NCBI GenBank assembly: GCA_902602185.1
Contig: CACKPV010000001.1
Location: forward strand, 170,827 to 234,826
From: an uncultured SAR86 cluster bacterium
Lineage (GTDB): Bacteria > Pseudomonadota > Gammaproteobacteria > Magnimaribacterales > D2472
Direction: 5' to 3'
DNA: 64,000 nucleotides
A model generated the notes under the pieces. It was given only the letters and a program-made list of their open reading frames with translations. It made no database searches and was not told the DNA's origin. Shown one piece after another: positions 11,883 through 23,198 of this stretch. Made by a program: the position numbers and the translations under genes. The number at the start of each line of letters is the position of its first letter. Position 1 is the first letter of the stretch.

Positions 11883-12966
11883 TTTCAAACTCATCTAAAA
11901 TGTCAAGAATTTTAGATGCAACTTTATTGGTATAAATAAAATTATCATCATCAGTAAGATCCTTGGTACGGTATCCTTTGGATATAAATTGTCTGACACA
12001 ATTATCTAACTGTTCAGCTAATTGAGGAAGTTCAAGAGAATATTTAAAAGCCATTGATAAAGATAAAATCATAGCAATTGGATTTGCAACATTTAAATGG
12101 GCAATATCTGGAGCACTACCATGACAAGGTTCATACATTCCTTGAGAAGAACTATTTAGGGAGGCAGAAGGCAACATACCAATTGACCCAGATAAAGTTG
12201 CAGCTATATCTGAGAGAATGTCTCCAAAAAGATTACTTGAAACTATGACATCAAATTGCTTTGGATTTATTACTAATTGCATAGCTGCATTGTCTGCTAA
12301 TTGATGTGTCAGCTTAACATCAGGATAATCATTGCTGACCTCTTCTACGATTTCTCTCCAAAACTTTGAGACTTCTAAAACATTTGCCTTATCGACTGAA
12401 CATAATTTTTTATTTCTTTTTTGAGCTGCTTCAAAACCAATTTTTGCGATTCTTTTAATTTCATTTTCATAATAAATCATAGTGTTATATGCATACCCTT
12501 GATTGTTAACAACATCTTTTTCAATACCTCTTGGTTCTCCAAAATAAACTCCTCCTGTTAGCTCTCTTACTATCAATAGATCAAGATCAGCAATAACTTC
12601 GGTTTTGAGTGTTGATGCTGCTGCTAATTCTTTAAACAAAAAAGCAGGTCGCAGATTTGCAAATAATTCTAATTCTTTTCTTAATCCAAGTAATGCCTGC
12701 TCTGGTCTTTTATTCCAAGGTAAATTATCCCATTGTGGTCCTCCCACTGCTCCAAAAAGTATTGCGTCTGATTCTTTTGCTTTGTTGATTACCTCATCAG
12801 TAAGGGGAGATCCGTGTTGTTCATATGATGTTCCTCCTACATCCATAATAGAAACATCTAAATTTAAGTTATATCTTCTATCCAATTCATAAAGAATAGT
12901 TAAGGCTGATTCTGTAACTTCTTGGCCAATACCATCTCCTGGCAAGACTAAAATCGATTTATTCAT
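11875..12966 (-). CDS. leuB: 3-isopropylmalate dehydrogenase
   Basis: LPGDGIGQE, VDKANVL, NLFGDILSD, YEPCHGSAPDIA; start placed at MNKSILV. Confidence 0.98.
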   Translation of the reverse strand: MNKSILVLPGDGIGQEVTESALTILYELDRRYNLNLDVSIMDVGGTSYEQHGSPLTDEVINKAKESDAILFGAVGGPQWDNLPWNKRPEQALLGLRKELELFANLRPAFLFKELAAASTLKTEVIADLDLLIVRELTGGVYFGEPRGIEKDVVNNQGYAYNTMIYYENEIKRIAKIGFEAAQKRNKKLCSVDKANVLEVSKFWREIVEEVSNDYPDVKLTHQLADNAAMQLVINPKQFDVIVSSNLFGDILSDIAATLSGSIGMLPSASLNSSSQGMYEPCHGSAPDIAHLNVANPIAMILSLSMAFKYSLELPQLAEQLDNCVRQFISKGYRTKDLTDDDNFIYTNKVASKILDILDEFEND

Positions 12967-13603
12967 TATAAAAAATCCATGGTCTTTTGGTGATCCTATC
13001 TTGTTCAAAACATGATATCTTGTCAGCAAATTTCAAAGAAATATCAATGTCATCAAACTGATTAATGATTCGGTCTGCTAAGTCATCTTCTAAATTAAAT
13101 GAAAACTCTTCGCCTTGTAAATATATATTTCGAGATTGAAGACATACTTTTACCAATTGAGCATCTTGAGCAGACAGTTGAAATAACCTATCTATTACTG
13201 ACCTCGAGAGATTAATTGGCAATAAGCCATTTTTAAAACAATTATTGTAAAAAATATCTCCAAAAGAAGATGCAATAATCACTTGAATTCCAAAATCTCT
13301 AAGAGCCCAAACGGCATGCTCTCTTGAAGATCCACATCCAAAATTATCTCTTGCAAGGAGGATTTTTGATGTCATAAAAATTGGTTGGTTCAAGATAAAT
13401 TCATTATTGAGTTTACGAGATGTTTTTGATACTCCCAATTTTCCTTCATCCAAATACCTCCATCCATCAAACAAATAATCTTCATAACCAAATTTCTTTA
13501 TTGACTTTAAATACTCAGTTGGAATAATTTGATCTGTATCAATATTATCCCTATCAATGAAAGCCATAATTCCTTCAATTTGAATATTATCTTCGGTTCT
13601 CAT
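12959..13603 (-). CDS. leuD: 3-isopropylmalate dehydratase small subunit
   Basis: [30 protein letters not shown]. Confidence 0.97.
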   Translation of the reverse strand: MRTEDNIQIEGIMAFIDRDNIDTDQIIPTEYLKSIKKFGYEDYLFDGWRYLDEGKLGVSKTSRKLNNEFILNQPIFMTSKILLARDNFGCGSSREHAVWALRDFGIQVIIASSFGDIFYNNCFKNGLLPINLSRSVIDRLFQLSAQDAQLVKVCLQSRNIYLQGEEFSFNLEDDLADRIINQFDDIDISLKFADKISCFEQDRITKRPWIFYNE

Positions 13604-14994
13604 TGACCAATTACCTTGCCATGAATTGCAGTCAAAGCTGCCATTTTTGGACTCATGAGGTGAGTCCTCCCTAAATTGCCTTGTCTTCCCTCAAAATTTC
13701 GATTCGAAGTTGATGCACATCGTTCATAAGGACTTAATCTATCTGGATTCATGCCGAGACACATTGAGCAACCTGATTCCCTCCATTCGAACCCAGCATC
13801 AATAAAAATTGAATGTAGTCCTTCAGATTCAGCTTGTTTTTTCACTTGCCCTGAGCCGGGAACAACGATGGCTTGCAGAATTTTTTTAGAAATTTTTTTT
13901 CCCTCAAGAACTTTTGCTGCATCTCTAAGATCTTCAATTCTTGAATTGGTACAAGATCCAATAAAAACTCGATCAAATTTTAGGTCAGAAAGTTTTTTTT
14001 CATCTTTAATACCCATATATTTTCTCGCATTTTCAAAATTTTTTTGATTTTCTTTTCTAGTCGAAGTTGAAGGTATCGTTTCATCAAAGTCAATTACCAT
14101 TTCTGGTGAGGTTCCCCAACTTATTTGAGGTTTTATTTTAGAAACATCAATAGTAATTTCTTTATCAAATTTGGCATCTGGATCTGTTTTAAGTGTTGAC
14201 CAGAATTCTATTGCATCTGTTAATAATTCTCTGGGCAGATTGGATGATCTCTTAAGATAATTAAAAGTAGTTTGATCCGGTGCTATCAATCCAACTTTAG
14301 CTCCTGCCTCGATAGACATGTTGCAAATTGTCATCCTTGCTTCCATAGAAATATTTTCAATATATGAGCCCGCAAATTCGATGGCATGGCCATTCCCACC
14401 AGATACACCAATTGTTCTAATAAGAAAAAGAATAACGTCTTTTGAGGTAATGTCAGGAGATGGAATACCTTCAAAATTTACTCTCATATTTTTAAGTTTT
14501 GATATTTTTAAACATTGAGTTGCTAAAACATGCTCAACTTCTGAAGTGCCAATACCCATTGCTAGACATCCAAATGCTCCATGTGTTGAAGTGTGCGAAT
14601 CCCCACAAACAATAGTCATTCCAGGAAGTGTATAACCCAATTCCGGACCTATAACATGAACAATTCCTTGATTTAAAGATTTAATATCAAATTGTTTAAT
14701 GCCAAAGAGGTCACAATTTTTGTCTAGTTCTTTTACTTGAATTTTAGAAATTTCATCATCAATTGATTCTATTGCAAAACTTTTTGCTCTAATGGTGGGC
14801 ACATTGTGATCAGGAGTAGCAATATTTGCATCAACTCTCCAAGGTTTGATATTTTTTTTTATCAAACCTTCAAATGCTTGTGGTGAGGTGACTTCATGCA
14901 AATAATGTCTATCAATATAAATTAATGACTCACCTGAATCAAAAGAAGTCACAAAATGCTCATTCCAGAGTTTGTCATAAAGCGTACTATGCAT
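13600..14994 (-). CDS. leuC: 3-isopropylmalate dehydratase large subunit
   Basis: [51 protein letters not shown]. Confidence 0.98.
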   Translation of the reverse strand: MHSTLYDKLWNEHFVTSFDSGESLIYIDRHYLHEVTSPQAFEGLIKKNIKPWRVDANIATPDHNVPTIRAKSFAIESIDDEISKIQVKELDKNCDLFGIKQFDIKSLNQGIVHVIGPELGYTLPGMTIVCGDSHTSTHGAFGCLAMGIGTSEVEHVLATQCLKISKLKNMRVNFEGIPSPDITSKDVILFLIRTIGVSGGNGHAIEFAGSYIENISMEARMTICNMSIEAGAKVGLIAPDQTTFNYLKRSSNLPRELLTDAIEFWSTLKTDPDAKFDKEITIDVSKIKPQISWGTSPEMVIDFDETIPSTSTRKENQKNFENARKYMGIKDEKKLSDLKFDRVFIGSCTNSRIEDLRDAAKVLEGKKISKKILQAIVVPGSGQVKKQAESEGLHSIFIDAGFEWRESGCSMCLGMNPDRLSPYERCASTSNRNFEGRQGNLGRTHLMSPKMAALTAIHGKVIGQ

Positions 14995-14995
14995 T

Positions 14996-16081
14996 TTATT
15001 CACCGAAAGGCAGATTTTGCTCGATATGTCCGCATTGAGCTTGATTCCTCAAAAAGTGATCAATTAAAACTAAATTTACCATTGCCTCAGCAATAGGTAC
15101 TGCACGAATTCCAACACATGGATCATGTCTACCTTTAATCTCTAAATCAACCTCATTGCCTTGCTCATCAATTGATTTAGTTGGCTTGCTAATACTGGAG
15201 GTTGGTTTAATCATAAAATCAATATTGATATCATCTCCATTTGAGATTCCCCCGAGAATCCCACCAGAGTTATTGGATGAAAAACCTTTTGAGCTTATTT
15301 CATCTCGAAGTTCCGAACCCCTCAATTTAGCAATATTTTGACTGTTACCAATTGAAACAGATTTGACAGCATTTATGCTCATTATTGCTTTAGCTAAATC
15401 TGCATCCAACTTATCAAATACTGGTTCGCCTAAACCAGGCGGGCAATTTTTTACTAATACAGTTAATTTAGCCCCAATTGAATCACCTTGATTAATTAGA
15501 TTCTCAAATAAATCATCTAGTAAATTTATTTTACTTGCATCAGGAAAAAAGAATTTGTTTTTGTTTATGTAATCTATATTTATTTCCTCAGCAATAATAG
15601 TTTCGATCTGAGATACGAAACAAGTGACATCAATGCCTCTAGATTTTAAAAATTTCTTTGCAATAGCTCCAGCAGCAACTCGCATTGCTGTTTCACGAGC
15701 GCTTGACCTCCCTCCACCTCTATAATCACGATGACCATATTTAGCAAAATATGTGAGATCAGCATGATTAGGCCTAAAAGTATTTTTTAAATTAGAGTAG
15801 TCACTGGAAATTTGATCTTCATTTTTAATAATTAGCCCAATCGGGGTTCCTAGAGTTTTCCCTTCGAAAACACCAGACAAAATTTCAACTTTATCCTTTT
15901 CGTTTCGTTGGGTGGTCACATTCGATTGACCTGGTCGTCTTTTATCCAGTTCAGATTGAATTTCACCTTCAGTTATTTCAACTTGTGGAGGACAACCATC
16001 AATAATACAACCCAAAGCACTTCCATGGCTTTCACCAAAGGTAGTGACGCAAAAATTTTTACCAAATGTGTTACCCGACAT
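14996..16081 (-). CDS. aroC: Chorismate synthase
   Basis: [33 protein letters not shown]. Confidence 0.98.
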   Translation of the reverse strand: MSGNTFGKNFCVTTFGESHGSALGCIIDGCPPQVEITEGEIQSELDKRRPGQSNVTTQRNEKDKVEILSGVFEGKTLGTPIGLIIKNEDQISSDYSNLKNTFRPNHADLTYFAKYGHRDYRGGGRSSARETAMRVAAGAIAKKFLKSRGIDVTCFVSQIETIIAEEINIDYINKNKFFFPDASKINLLDDLFENLINQGDSIGAKLTVLVKNCPPGLGEPVFDKLDADLAKAIMSINAVKSVSIGNSQNIAKLRGSELRDEISSKGFSSNNSGGILGGISNGDDINIDFMIKPTSSISKPTKSIDEQGNEVDLEIKGRHDPCVGIRAVPIAEAMVNLVLIDHFLRNQAQCGHIEQNLPFGE

Positions 16082-16130
16082 AGCGCAACATTATATGATA
16101 TTTTTAATTAGATTTACTCAGATATTGGTG

Positions 16131-17576
16131 TCAAATTGAAAGCAGATCTTGGAATTCAATCACTGAAAGATGTTTCATAAGATTAAAATCTGATAATTTA
16201 CCGAAAATTTCTTCAGATTTTGATTTGGAAAAAATTGTAAGTAGATTCTGTCTAAATTTTTCTTCCAGGATTGGAATTCCCTCCTCTCTTCTTCTTTTGT
16301 GACCAATTGGATACTCAACTTCAATGCAAGGGGTCGCAGTCCCGTCCTTAAAATAAATTTGTAACTGATTCGCAATTGATCTCTTTTTTGAATCAAGATA
16401 ATCTTTTGAATACTGTACTTTCTCAATTACATGCATTTTTGATCTCAAAAAATCAATTCTTGTATCCTTTGCAACATCATCCTCATAGTCTTCAGCTTTA
16501 AGATTGCCTTTGAGAAGACCAATTGCAATCATGTATTGCAGACAGTGGTCTCTGTCAGCAGGATTATTCAATTCTCCAACCTTTGAAATAATTCGGATTG
16601 CTGATTCATGAGTTGCAATTTCTATTCTTTCAATGTGATCAATTTTATTTTTTACAAGTGGATGCAGTTTTACAGCTGCTTCAACTGCAGTTTGCGCATG
16701 AAATTCAGCAGGATAACTAATTTTAAATAGTATGTTTTCCATAACATATGATTCAAACTTTTGTGGAATTTTAAGAGGTTCTCCTTTCATGTGAACACTT
16801 TCAAATCCCCATGTTTTTGTAGAAAGCACGCTTGGATATCCCATCTCTCCAGTTAAACTAATCAATGCTAATCTAACTGCTCTGCTGGTTGCATCACCTG
16901 CTGCCCAACTTTTTCTGGACCCGGTATTAGGAGCGTGACGATAAGTCCTTAGACTTTGTCCATCAACCCAAGCTTGTGTAATTGCATTAATAACATCGTC
17001 TTTTGTTCCTCCAAGAATTTTTGTTGCAACAGCAGTCGATGCTACCTTAACAAGAACCACATGATCTAATCCAATCCTATTGAAACTGTTTTCAAGAGCT
17101 AAAATACCTTGAATCTCATGAGCTTTAATCATCATCTCTAGAACTTCATTCATAAAAATAGGAGGTTTATTAATAGCAACTCTTTTTTGAGATACAAAAT
17201 CGCTGCAGGACAAGATTGCTCCAAGATTATCAGAGGGGTGCCCCCATTCAGCAGCTAACCAAGTATCATTAAAATCCAACCATCTTATGGCACAACCAAT
17301 ATCAAAAGCTGCTTTTACTGGATCTAACTTGAAACTGGTTCCCGGAACACTTACACCGTAAGGTACTTCAGTTCCTGAGACAATTGGTCCCATTAATTTT
17401 GTACATGCAGGAAATTTCAGGGCAAGCAGCCCACATCCAATTGTGTCGATCAAACAGTTCTTGGCAGTTTCAAATGCCTCTTGGGAACTAATTTGATAAT
17501 CCATAACATAGTTAGCAATCTCCGTGATTAGGTTGTCCGGAATTGGTCGATTGTTTAAATCAAAATTGTCAGACAT
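16131..17576 (-). CDS. prpD: 2-methylcitrate dehydratase
   Basis: [43 protein letters not shown]. Confidence 0.97.
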   Translation of the reverse strand: MSDNFDLNNRPIPDNLITEIANYVMDYQISSQEAFETAKNCLIDTIGCGLLALKFPACTKLMGPIVSGTEVPYGVSVPGTSFKLDPVKAAFDIGCAIRWLDFNDTWLAAEWGHPSDNLGAILSCSDFVSQKRVAINKPPIFMNEVLEMMIKAHEIQGILALENSFNRIGLDHVVLVKVASTAVATKILGGTKDDVINAITQAWVDGQSLRTYRHAPNTGSRKSWAAGDATSRAVRLALISLTGEMGYPSVLSTKTWGFESVHMKGEPLKIPQKFESYVMENILFKISYPAEFHAQTAVEAAVKLHPLVKNKIDHIERIEIATHESAIRIISKVGELNNPADRDHCLQYMIAIGLLKGNLKAEDYEDDVAKDTRIDFLRSKMHVIEKVQYSKDYLDSKKRSIANQLQIYFKDGTATPCIEVEYPIGHKRRREEGIPILEEKFRQNLLTIFSKSKSEEIFGKLSDFNLMKHLSVIEFQDLLSI

Positions 17577-18028
17577 TATTTAACAATAATAATTAATTCT
17601 TCTGAGTAAATTGGATTTTCGTGGGGAATATGTGCAAAATCTCCAAGAATCAATCGTAAGGAATGCCTTCCTGGAGGAAGTTCAATGGTTGCAGAGGTTT
17701 GGCCTTTCCCATAATGAATATGGTTTTTATCTGATGGAATTGGTCGCTTTAAATCTGGAAGTGGAGTATTTATTAAAAGATGGTGGTGACCCGCATCGCA
17801 ACCAATGGTTCCAGCAGGTAAAATATTAAAGTTTGTTAGACCAAATTCTAACTCCACTAAACCTGAATCTGACACAAAATTGTTAGAGGGTTTAATAAAA
17901 AAAACCTCGGGGTCACCAGACTTACACTTCGTATTTTTATCTAAATCTTCAGAAGTCAAAGGTAATGAGGACAGAAAAAACAAACTGAGTGCAAAGTACT
18001 TGAAAATTACTGGATAGTAATGATGCAT
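17576..18028 (-). CDS. DUF4399 family exported His-rich protein
   Basis: Signal peptide; [41 protein letters not shown]. Confidence 0.85.
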   Translation of the reverse strand: MHHYYPVIFKYFALSLFFLSSLPLTSEDLDKNTKCKSGDPEVFFIKPSNNFVSDSGLVELEFGLTNFNILPAGTIGCDAGHHHLLINTPLPDLKRPIPSDKNHIHYGKGQTSATIELPPGRHSLRLILGDFAHIPHENPIYSEELIIIVK

Positions 18029-19159
18029 CTAAACTCTATCTTTTATATCAATCCATTCAGCAGAATCAGGGCCAACATACTCCTCACTGGGCCTAATAAT
18101 TCTATTATCAGCTCTTTGCTCCATCACATTTGCTGCCCATCCTGATGTCCTACCAATTACAAATAAAGGTGTAAAAATTGGAGTAGGTATTCCTAAAAAG
18201 TTGTATGCAGAAGCCATATAGAAATCAGTATTTGCAAAAAGATTTTTTTCCTCTTTCATGACTTTTTCAATCTCTTCTGAAATTTCATAAATAATTGGGT
18301 TCTTTGCAGTTTTGCTGAGCCTTTCTGACCATGCCTTTACAATCTTATTTCTAGGATCTTCATTTGAATAGACGGCATGCCCAAAGCCCATTATTTTTTC
18401 TTTATTTTCAAGCATTACCTTAATTCCAACGTTGGCATCATCTCTAGAAGAAAATTGTTCAATCATTTCCATTGCAGCTTCATTGGCGCCTCCATGTAAA
18501 GGTCCCCGCAGTGTTCCTATTGCAGCTGTTATACATGAATGCATGTCAGACAATGTTGAGGCACAAGTACGGGCAGTAAAAGTTGAGGCATTAAAACCAT
18601 GCTCTGCATAACAAATCAAAGAGGTATCAAGAGCCTTTATCTGCTCATCACTTGGCTCAGAATTGGTTAATAACGATAAAAAATGTCCACCAATCGTGTC
18701 ATGATCGGTAAGAGTTTCTATATCTTCTCCAAAGTGAGAAGATCTGTACCAGTAAGTCATGATAGAGGGTAATACTGATAATATTCTGTCAGCTGTATCA
18801 TTTTGATTTTTGAAATCACCTTCAGGCTCCAGATTACCAAGCATGGAGCAACCTGTTCTTAAAACGTCCATCGGATGAGTACTTTTCGGAATCTTAGCAA
18901 GAACTAGTTTTAAATCATTAGGTAATTTTCTAAACTGCTTTAGTTTTTGTTTGTAATGTACAAATTCATCTTGATTGGGTAATTTTCCATATAAAAGCAG
19001 GTAAGCAACCTCTTCAAAAGAGGATTTTTCAGTAAGAGTTTCAATGGCATAACCTCTGTAAGTTAAACCTTTTCCCTCTTTTCCCACAGTTGAAAGTGCA
19101 GTTTGTCCTGCAACCTGACCTCTAAGACCAGCTCCTTCAAGTTTCTTTGTCATTACCAT
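18029..19159 (-). CDS. prpC: 2-methylcitrate synthase
   Basis: GAGLRGQVAG, YAEHGFNASTF, GPLHGGANEA, MGFGHAVY; between prpB and prpD. Confidence 0.96.
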   Translation of the reverse strand: MVMTKKLEGAGLRGQVAGQTALSTVGKEGKGLTYRGYAIETLTEKSSFEEVAYLLLYGKLPNQDEFVHYKQKLKQFRKLPNDLKLVLAKIPKSTHPMDVLRTGCSMLGNLEPEGDFKNQNDTADRILSVLPSIMTYWYRSSHFGEDIETLTDHDTIGGHFLSLLTNSEPSDEQIKALDTSLICYAEHGFNASTFTARTCASTLSDMHSCITAAIGTLRGPLHGGANEAAMEMIEQFSSRDDANVGIKVMLENKEKIMGFGHAVYSNEDPRNKIVKAWSERLSKTAKNPIIYEISEEIEKVMKEEKNLFANTDFYMASAYNFLGIPTPIFTPLFVIGRTSGWAANVMEQRADNRIIRPSEEYVGPDSAEWIDIKDRV

Positions 19160-20030
19160 TCTCCTTATTTTTAAGGTAGGTATCTAAATTCTTCTCAAAA
19201 TTCAAATAATCCAGACTTTCGTAAAGTTCATCTCGAGTTTGCATTATATCTAAAAGACTTTCTTGAGTCCCCTCTTTTGAAATGGTTTCATAAACTTTTT
19301 GTGAGGCTCTGGAAGCTGCTCTGAAAGCAGATAATGGGAATAACATCATATCAACACCGGCACTGTGAAGTTGCTCTTCTGTAAAAAGAGGTGTTTTCCC
19401 AAACTCTGTGATATTAGCTAAAATTGGGATATTGATGTGCTCCTTCAAAACAATATATTGATTAATTTCTGTAACGGCCTCAAGAAATAGAGCTTCTGCT
19501 CCAGCTCCCTCATAAGCTTTAGCCCTTTCAATACAACCATCTAAACCTTCACTAGCAAGTGCATCAGTTCTTGCAATTAAAAAAATTTCACTGGAGCCTT
19601 TTCCTAATAGTGCACTTTCAATTCTTTCATTCATCTCTTGAATTGAAACAAGCCTTTTATTGGGACGATGACCACATCTTTTAGAATCAATTTGGTCTTC
19701 AAAATGAACTGCCGCAACTCCAGCAGAAACCATTTCTTCAATCGCAAAAGATATATCATTGCTTTCAGCCCATCCAGTATCGATGTCCACTAATAATGGC
19801 AATGAGCATGAGTTTGTTATTCTTTGAGCATCAGTTTTAACATCAACAAGTGAAGTTAAGCCCAAATCAGGAATTCCATAAGATGCAGTTGCAACACCAC
19901 TCCCTGAAAGATATAAGCACTTATGGCCTGCATTTTTTGCCAAAATTGCAGAATAAGCATTGATTGCTCCAACTATTTTGAGTGGTTTATTATTTCTAAG
20001 CAGGTCTCTAAAGTTAGTTGTCTCTGACAT
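19137..20030 (-). CDS. prpB: 2-methylisocitrate lyase
   Basis: KRCGHRP catalytic motif, LLVDIDTG, ANITEFGKTP. Confidence 0.97.
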   Translation of the reverse strand: MSETTNFRDLLRNNKPLKIVGAINAYSAILAKNAGHKCLYLSGSGVATASYGIPDLGLTSLVDVKTDAQRITNSCSLPLLVDIDTGWAESNDISFAIEEMVSAGVAAVHFEDQIDSKRCGHRPNKRLVSIQEMNERIESALLGKGSSEIFLIARTDALASEGLDGCIERAKAYEGAGAEALFLEAVTEINQYIVLKEHINIPILANITEFGKTPLFTEEQLHSAGVDMMLFPLSAFRAASRASQKVYETISKEGTQESLLDIMQTRDELYESLDYLNFEKNLDTYLKNKENGNDKET

Positions 20031-20031
20031 A

Positions 20032-20694
20032 TTACGAGTAAAATTTAACTCCTCTTATAATTCTGTCCCTATTATTTTTTTTTCTCCAACGATTTGTATC
20101 TCTCAAGCTGTAGACACAACCGCAATACTCCTGCTGATAAAATTTTTCTCTCTTTGAAATCTCAATCATTCTTGAAGAACCGCCATCCTTCCTCCAATTA
20201 AAATCCCAAAATTGCAAATTTTTATATCTTTTTGCAGCTCGCATACCCGATGAATTAATTTGGTCCATGTCTTTCCATCTTGAGATGCCCAAAGTAGTTG
20301 CAAAATAATTAAAATTATTTTCATGCGCATAAAGGGCTGATCTCTCAAACCTCATGTCAAAACATTCGGTGCATCTTTTACCTCGCTCAGGTTCATCTTC
20401 TAGCCCCTCAACTCTTTTAAACCAATTATCTTTATCATAATCAGCATCAATAAAATCAAAACCGAGAATCTTACAAAATTTTTTATTCTCATCTTTTCTG
20501 ATTAGATATTCTTCTAGAGGATGTATGTTGGGATTATAAAAATAAACTGTTGTGTTTATATTTGCTGCTTTCACTGCCTCCATTACTTCTCCAGCACATG
20601 GAGCACAGCAACTATGTAACAATAAATTATTATTACCTTTGCTAAGTGCCAGCTCAGTTGGCCTGATATATTCTGAAAGTGATAGTTTATTCAT
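20032..20694 (-). CDS. queH: Epoxyqueuosine reductase QueH (cobalamin-independent)
   Basis: [35 protein letters not shown]. Confidence 0.95.
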   Translation of the reverse strand: MNKLSLSEYIRPTELALSKGNNNLLLHSCCAPCAGEVMEAVKAANINTTVYFYNPNIHPLEEYLIRKDENKKFCKILGFDFIDADYDKDNWFKRVEGLEDEPERGKRCTECFDMRFERSALYAHENNFNYFATTLGISRWKDMDQINSSGMRAAKRYKNLQFWDFNWRKDGGSSRMIEISKREKFYQQEYCGCVYSLRDTNRWRKKNNRDRIIRGVKFYS

Positions 20695-21298
20695 GTTGGA
20701 AAATAGAATTGGCAAGAAAACATTCTTCTAGTTCAAGATAATTTTTTGTGAGATAGATTTCAGGATGTTTTGAAGAAACTTTTTCCGGTGCATTAATAAA
20801 AAAACCTTTTTCACAAACATCAAACATTTGAATATCATTAAAAGAATCACCGGCTGCAAAGCATCTGTATCCAAGATTTTGAAAAGCAAGAATTGCTTTT
20901 TGTTTTGCTTTATCTTGTCTCAATTCATAATCAACTATCATTCCATTCTCTACTTTTAATGTATGACATAAAAGAAAGGGGAACCCGAGTTTTGCCATTA
21001 AAGGAGAAGCTATTTCATGAAAGGTATCAGATAGTATTACAACCTGAAATTTTTCTCTAATGCGATCTAAAAAATCTTTAGCACCCTCTAAAAGTTCAAG
21101 TTGAGATGCGGCAAACTGAATATCTTTGAGTGATATTTTGTGATCTCTCATAATTTTTATTCTTTCATCCATTAAGTCAGAATAACTTGGGATATCACGG
21201 GTTGTTTTTGCGAAATCTTTAATACCTGTATTGATAGAAACTTGCTGCCAAATTTCTGGAGTGAGTGTACCCTCCATATCTAAACAAACTATTTCCAT
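20687..21298 (-). CDS. thrH: Phosphoserine phosphatase / homoserine phosphotransferase ThrH (HAD family)
   Basis: [36 protein letters not shown]. Confidence 0.93.
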   Translation of the reverse strand: MEIVCLDMEGTLTPEIWQQVSINTGIKDFAKTTRDIPSYSDLMDERIKIMRDHKISLKDIQFAASQLELLEGAKDFLDRIREKFQVVILSDTFHEIASPLMAKLGFPFLLCHTLKVENGMIVDYELRQDKAKQKAILAFQNLGYRCFAAGDSFNDIQMFDVCEKGFFINAPEKVSSKHPEIYLTKNYLELEECFLANSIFQHE

Positions 21299-22195
21299 TT
21301 AATTTCTCTTATTTTTTACTCCGTATGGAACATGTGCTGAGGTAATTGTATCCGAAGCCCGCTCAACATTCTTTAGTTGATCATCAAAAAAAATATCTGC
21401 TTGGAAAGATTTCAAAAATTCAGATTTTGATTTACCCCCAAGAAAGAAGGATTCATCAATTCTTACACCCCAATTTCTGAGAGTTTTAATCACTCTTTTA
21501 TGTGTTGGTGCTGACCTTGCTGTAACTAGAGCAGTTCTGATTGGACATTCATTGATTTTAAATTCATTTTGAAGTTTATTTAACTCAATAAGGAATGGTT
21601 TAAAAGGTCCTGCTTCTAACAAACCATCCTCTTTTACCTCATTCTTTATAAAAGCCTTCATGCCTTTTTCATGAAAAATTTTTTCAGAATCATCAGAAAA
21701 AATTACTGCATCTCCATCAAATGCAATTTTTAATAGTGGCTCCTCAGATGGTAAATTTTGATTTGGGGAGATAATAGTAGCTGATGCAACATTGCTTTCA
21801 ATTGCCATCTTTACATCTTCAGAACTGCTGGATAAGAATAAATTAATATTAAAGTCTTTAACATATTTGTGTGGGCTTTCACCACCACAAAAGACTGCCC
21901 TGGTAATGTCTAAACCATGAGCTTCGATTGAGTTGAATATTCTTAGACCTGTATCATGAGTATTTCTTGATAAAAGAATTACTTCAATTCTATTCTTTTC
22001 CTCATAAAGATCATTAATTTTAAGAATCTTCTGGACTAAAGAGAAAGCACTTCCAGGTTCAAGAACTTTATCTTCATTCTTGATTTGATACTTGCCATAT
22101 GCCTCAAGTCCATCTTTTTCAAAAATTTTGTGACTTTCGTCTAAATTGAAAAGTGCCCTTGAAGAGATTCCAATAATTAACTTCGAGTTATTCAT
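21299..22195 (-). CDS. 5'-nucleotidase (cN-I-like family)
   Basis: ISSRALFNL, IAFDGDAVIF, ALVTARSAP, IFFDDQ, HVPYG. Confidence 0.92.
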   Translation of the reverse strand: MNNSKLIIGISSRALFNLDESHKIFEKDGLEAYGKYQIKNEDKVLEPGSAFSLVQKILKINDLYEEKNRIEVILLSRNTHDTGLRIFNSIEAHGLDITRAVFCGGESPHKYVKDFNINLFLSSSSEDVKMAIESNVASATIISPNQNLPSEEPLLKIAFDGDAVIFSDDSEKIFHEKGMKAFIKNEVKEDGLLEAGPFKPFLIELNKLQNEFKINECPIRTALVTARSAPTHKRVIKTLRNWGVRIDESFFLGGKSKSEFLKSFQADIFFDDQLKNVERASDTITSAHVPYGVKNKRN

Positions 22196-22224
22196 ACTTG
22201 ATTAAAATAAAAAAACTAAATATA

Positions 22225-22240
22225 CTGTACAAATATATAG
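22225..22240. promoter_or_regulatory. SOS box (LexA operator) upstream of lexA
   Basis: CTGT-ACAAATAT-ATAG differs by one base from the gammaproteobacterial CTGT-N8-ACAG consensus and ends 6 bp before the lexA ATG. Confidence 0.8.
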
Positions 22241-22246
22241 CATAAA

Positions 22247-22852
22247 ATGAAAGAACTCACTTCTCAACAGAAAAAAGTCCTTCAATGTATTGAATTTTAC
22301 ATCAAGAAGACTGGTTTTCCTCCAACAAGAGCAAATATTTGCAATGAGTTAGGTTTTAAATCACCGAATGCTGCTGAAAGCCATCTCCGTGCTCTCGAAA
22401 AAAAGGGTTTCATTGAAATTACAAGTGGAGCCTCTAGAGGAATAAATTTAGTAAAAAAACAAAATTCCGAAAACAAAATTCCTGTTATTGGACTTATTGC
22501 GGCAGGATATGGAACTGAATCTATAGAAGAAGTTGAACGTTTTATTGACTGTAAGAATACCTTCTTTGAAAGCAAGTTTGATTACTTTCTCAAAGTTCAG
22601 GGTCTTAGCATGAAAGATGCTGGAATCTTAGAAGATGACCTTGTTGCAATAAAAAGGACCCAAGATATTAAAAATGGTGATATTGTAGTGGCTAAAATAG
22701 ATGACGAAGTAACTCTCAAATATTTCTCAAGTAAAGATGGAGATATTAAGCTTCTCCCAGCTAATGAAGACTTTGATGAGATCATAATTGATCAAAACCG
22801 AAACGATTTTTCAATAATTGGAAAGAGTGTTGGTTTAATAAGAGAAAATTAG
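22247..22852 (+). CDS. lexA: SOS repressor LexA
   Basis: FPPTRA.I...GFKSPNAAE.HL winged helix; AAG cleavage site; GLSM Ser and VTLK Lys dyad. Confidence 0.97.
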   Translation: MKELTSQQKKVLQCIEFYIKKTGFPPTRANICNELGFKSPNAAESHLRALEKKGFIEITSGASRGINLVKKQNSENKIPVIGLIAAGYGTESIEEVERFIDCKNTFFESKFDYFLKVQGLSMKDAGILEDDLVAIKRTQDIKNGDIVVAKIDDEVTLKYFSSKDGDIKLLPANEDFDEIIIDQNRNDFSIIGKSVGLIREN

Positions 22853-23106
22853 TGAAGAGTAATTTCTTTCTTATTTAACTGCTCAATTTGTGAATCAAAA
22901 AAATCATCAAAATCTTTTAAATCACCATTGATAGATTCAATACCAGCGCGAATCATTTCTTTCGCAATATGAAGTTGTTGACCTTGAAGCAAATCCATTG
23001 ACTCTTTTGAAAAATGAATCTTTACTAGAGGATTATCTTTATCATCAGACCTTCTTAAAACAATTGATCCATCAGATAGTTGAGCAAGTTCCAAATAATT
23101 TGTCAT
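22849..23106 (-). CDS. Small conserved hypothetical protein
   Basis: LELAQLSDGSIVLRR...PLVKIHFS...LH; resembles the small protein near lexA/topA in other gammaproteobacteria (from recall). Confidence 0.7.
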   Translation of the reverse strand: MTNYLELAQLSDGSIVLRRSDDKDNPLVKIHFSKESMDLLQGQQLHIAKEMIRAGIESINGDLKDFDDFFDSQIEQLNKKEITLH

Positions 23107-23198
23107 AGTTAATATGTTTCTAAGGTTAGCATTGACTGATTAAAAATAAAAGAATAACCAAGTTATATTTAAGAACATTTTAAGAGAAATCAAGTTTT

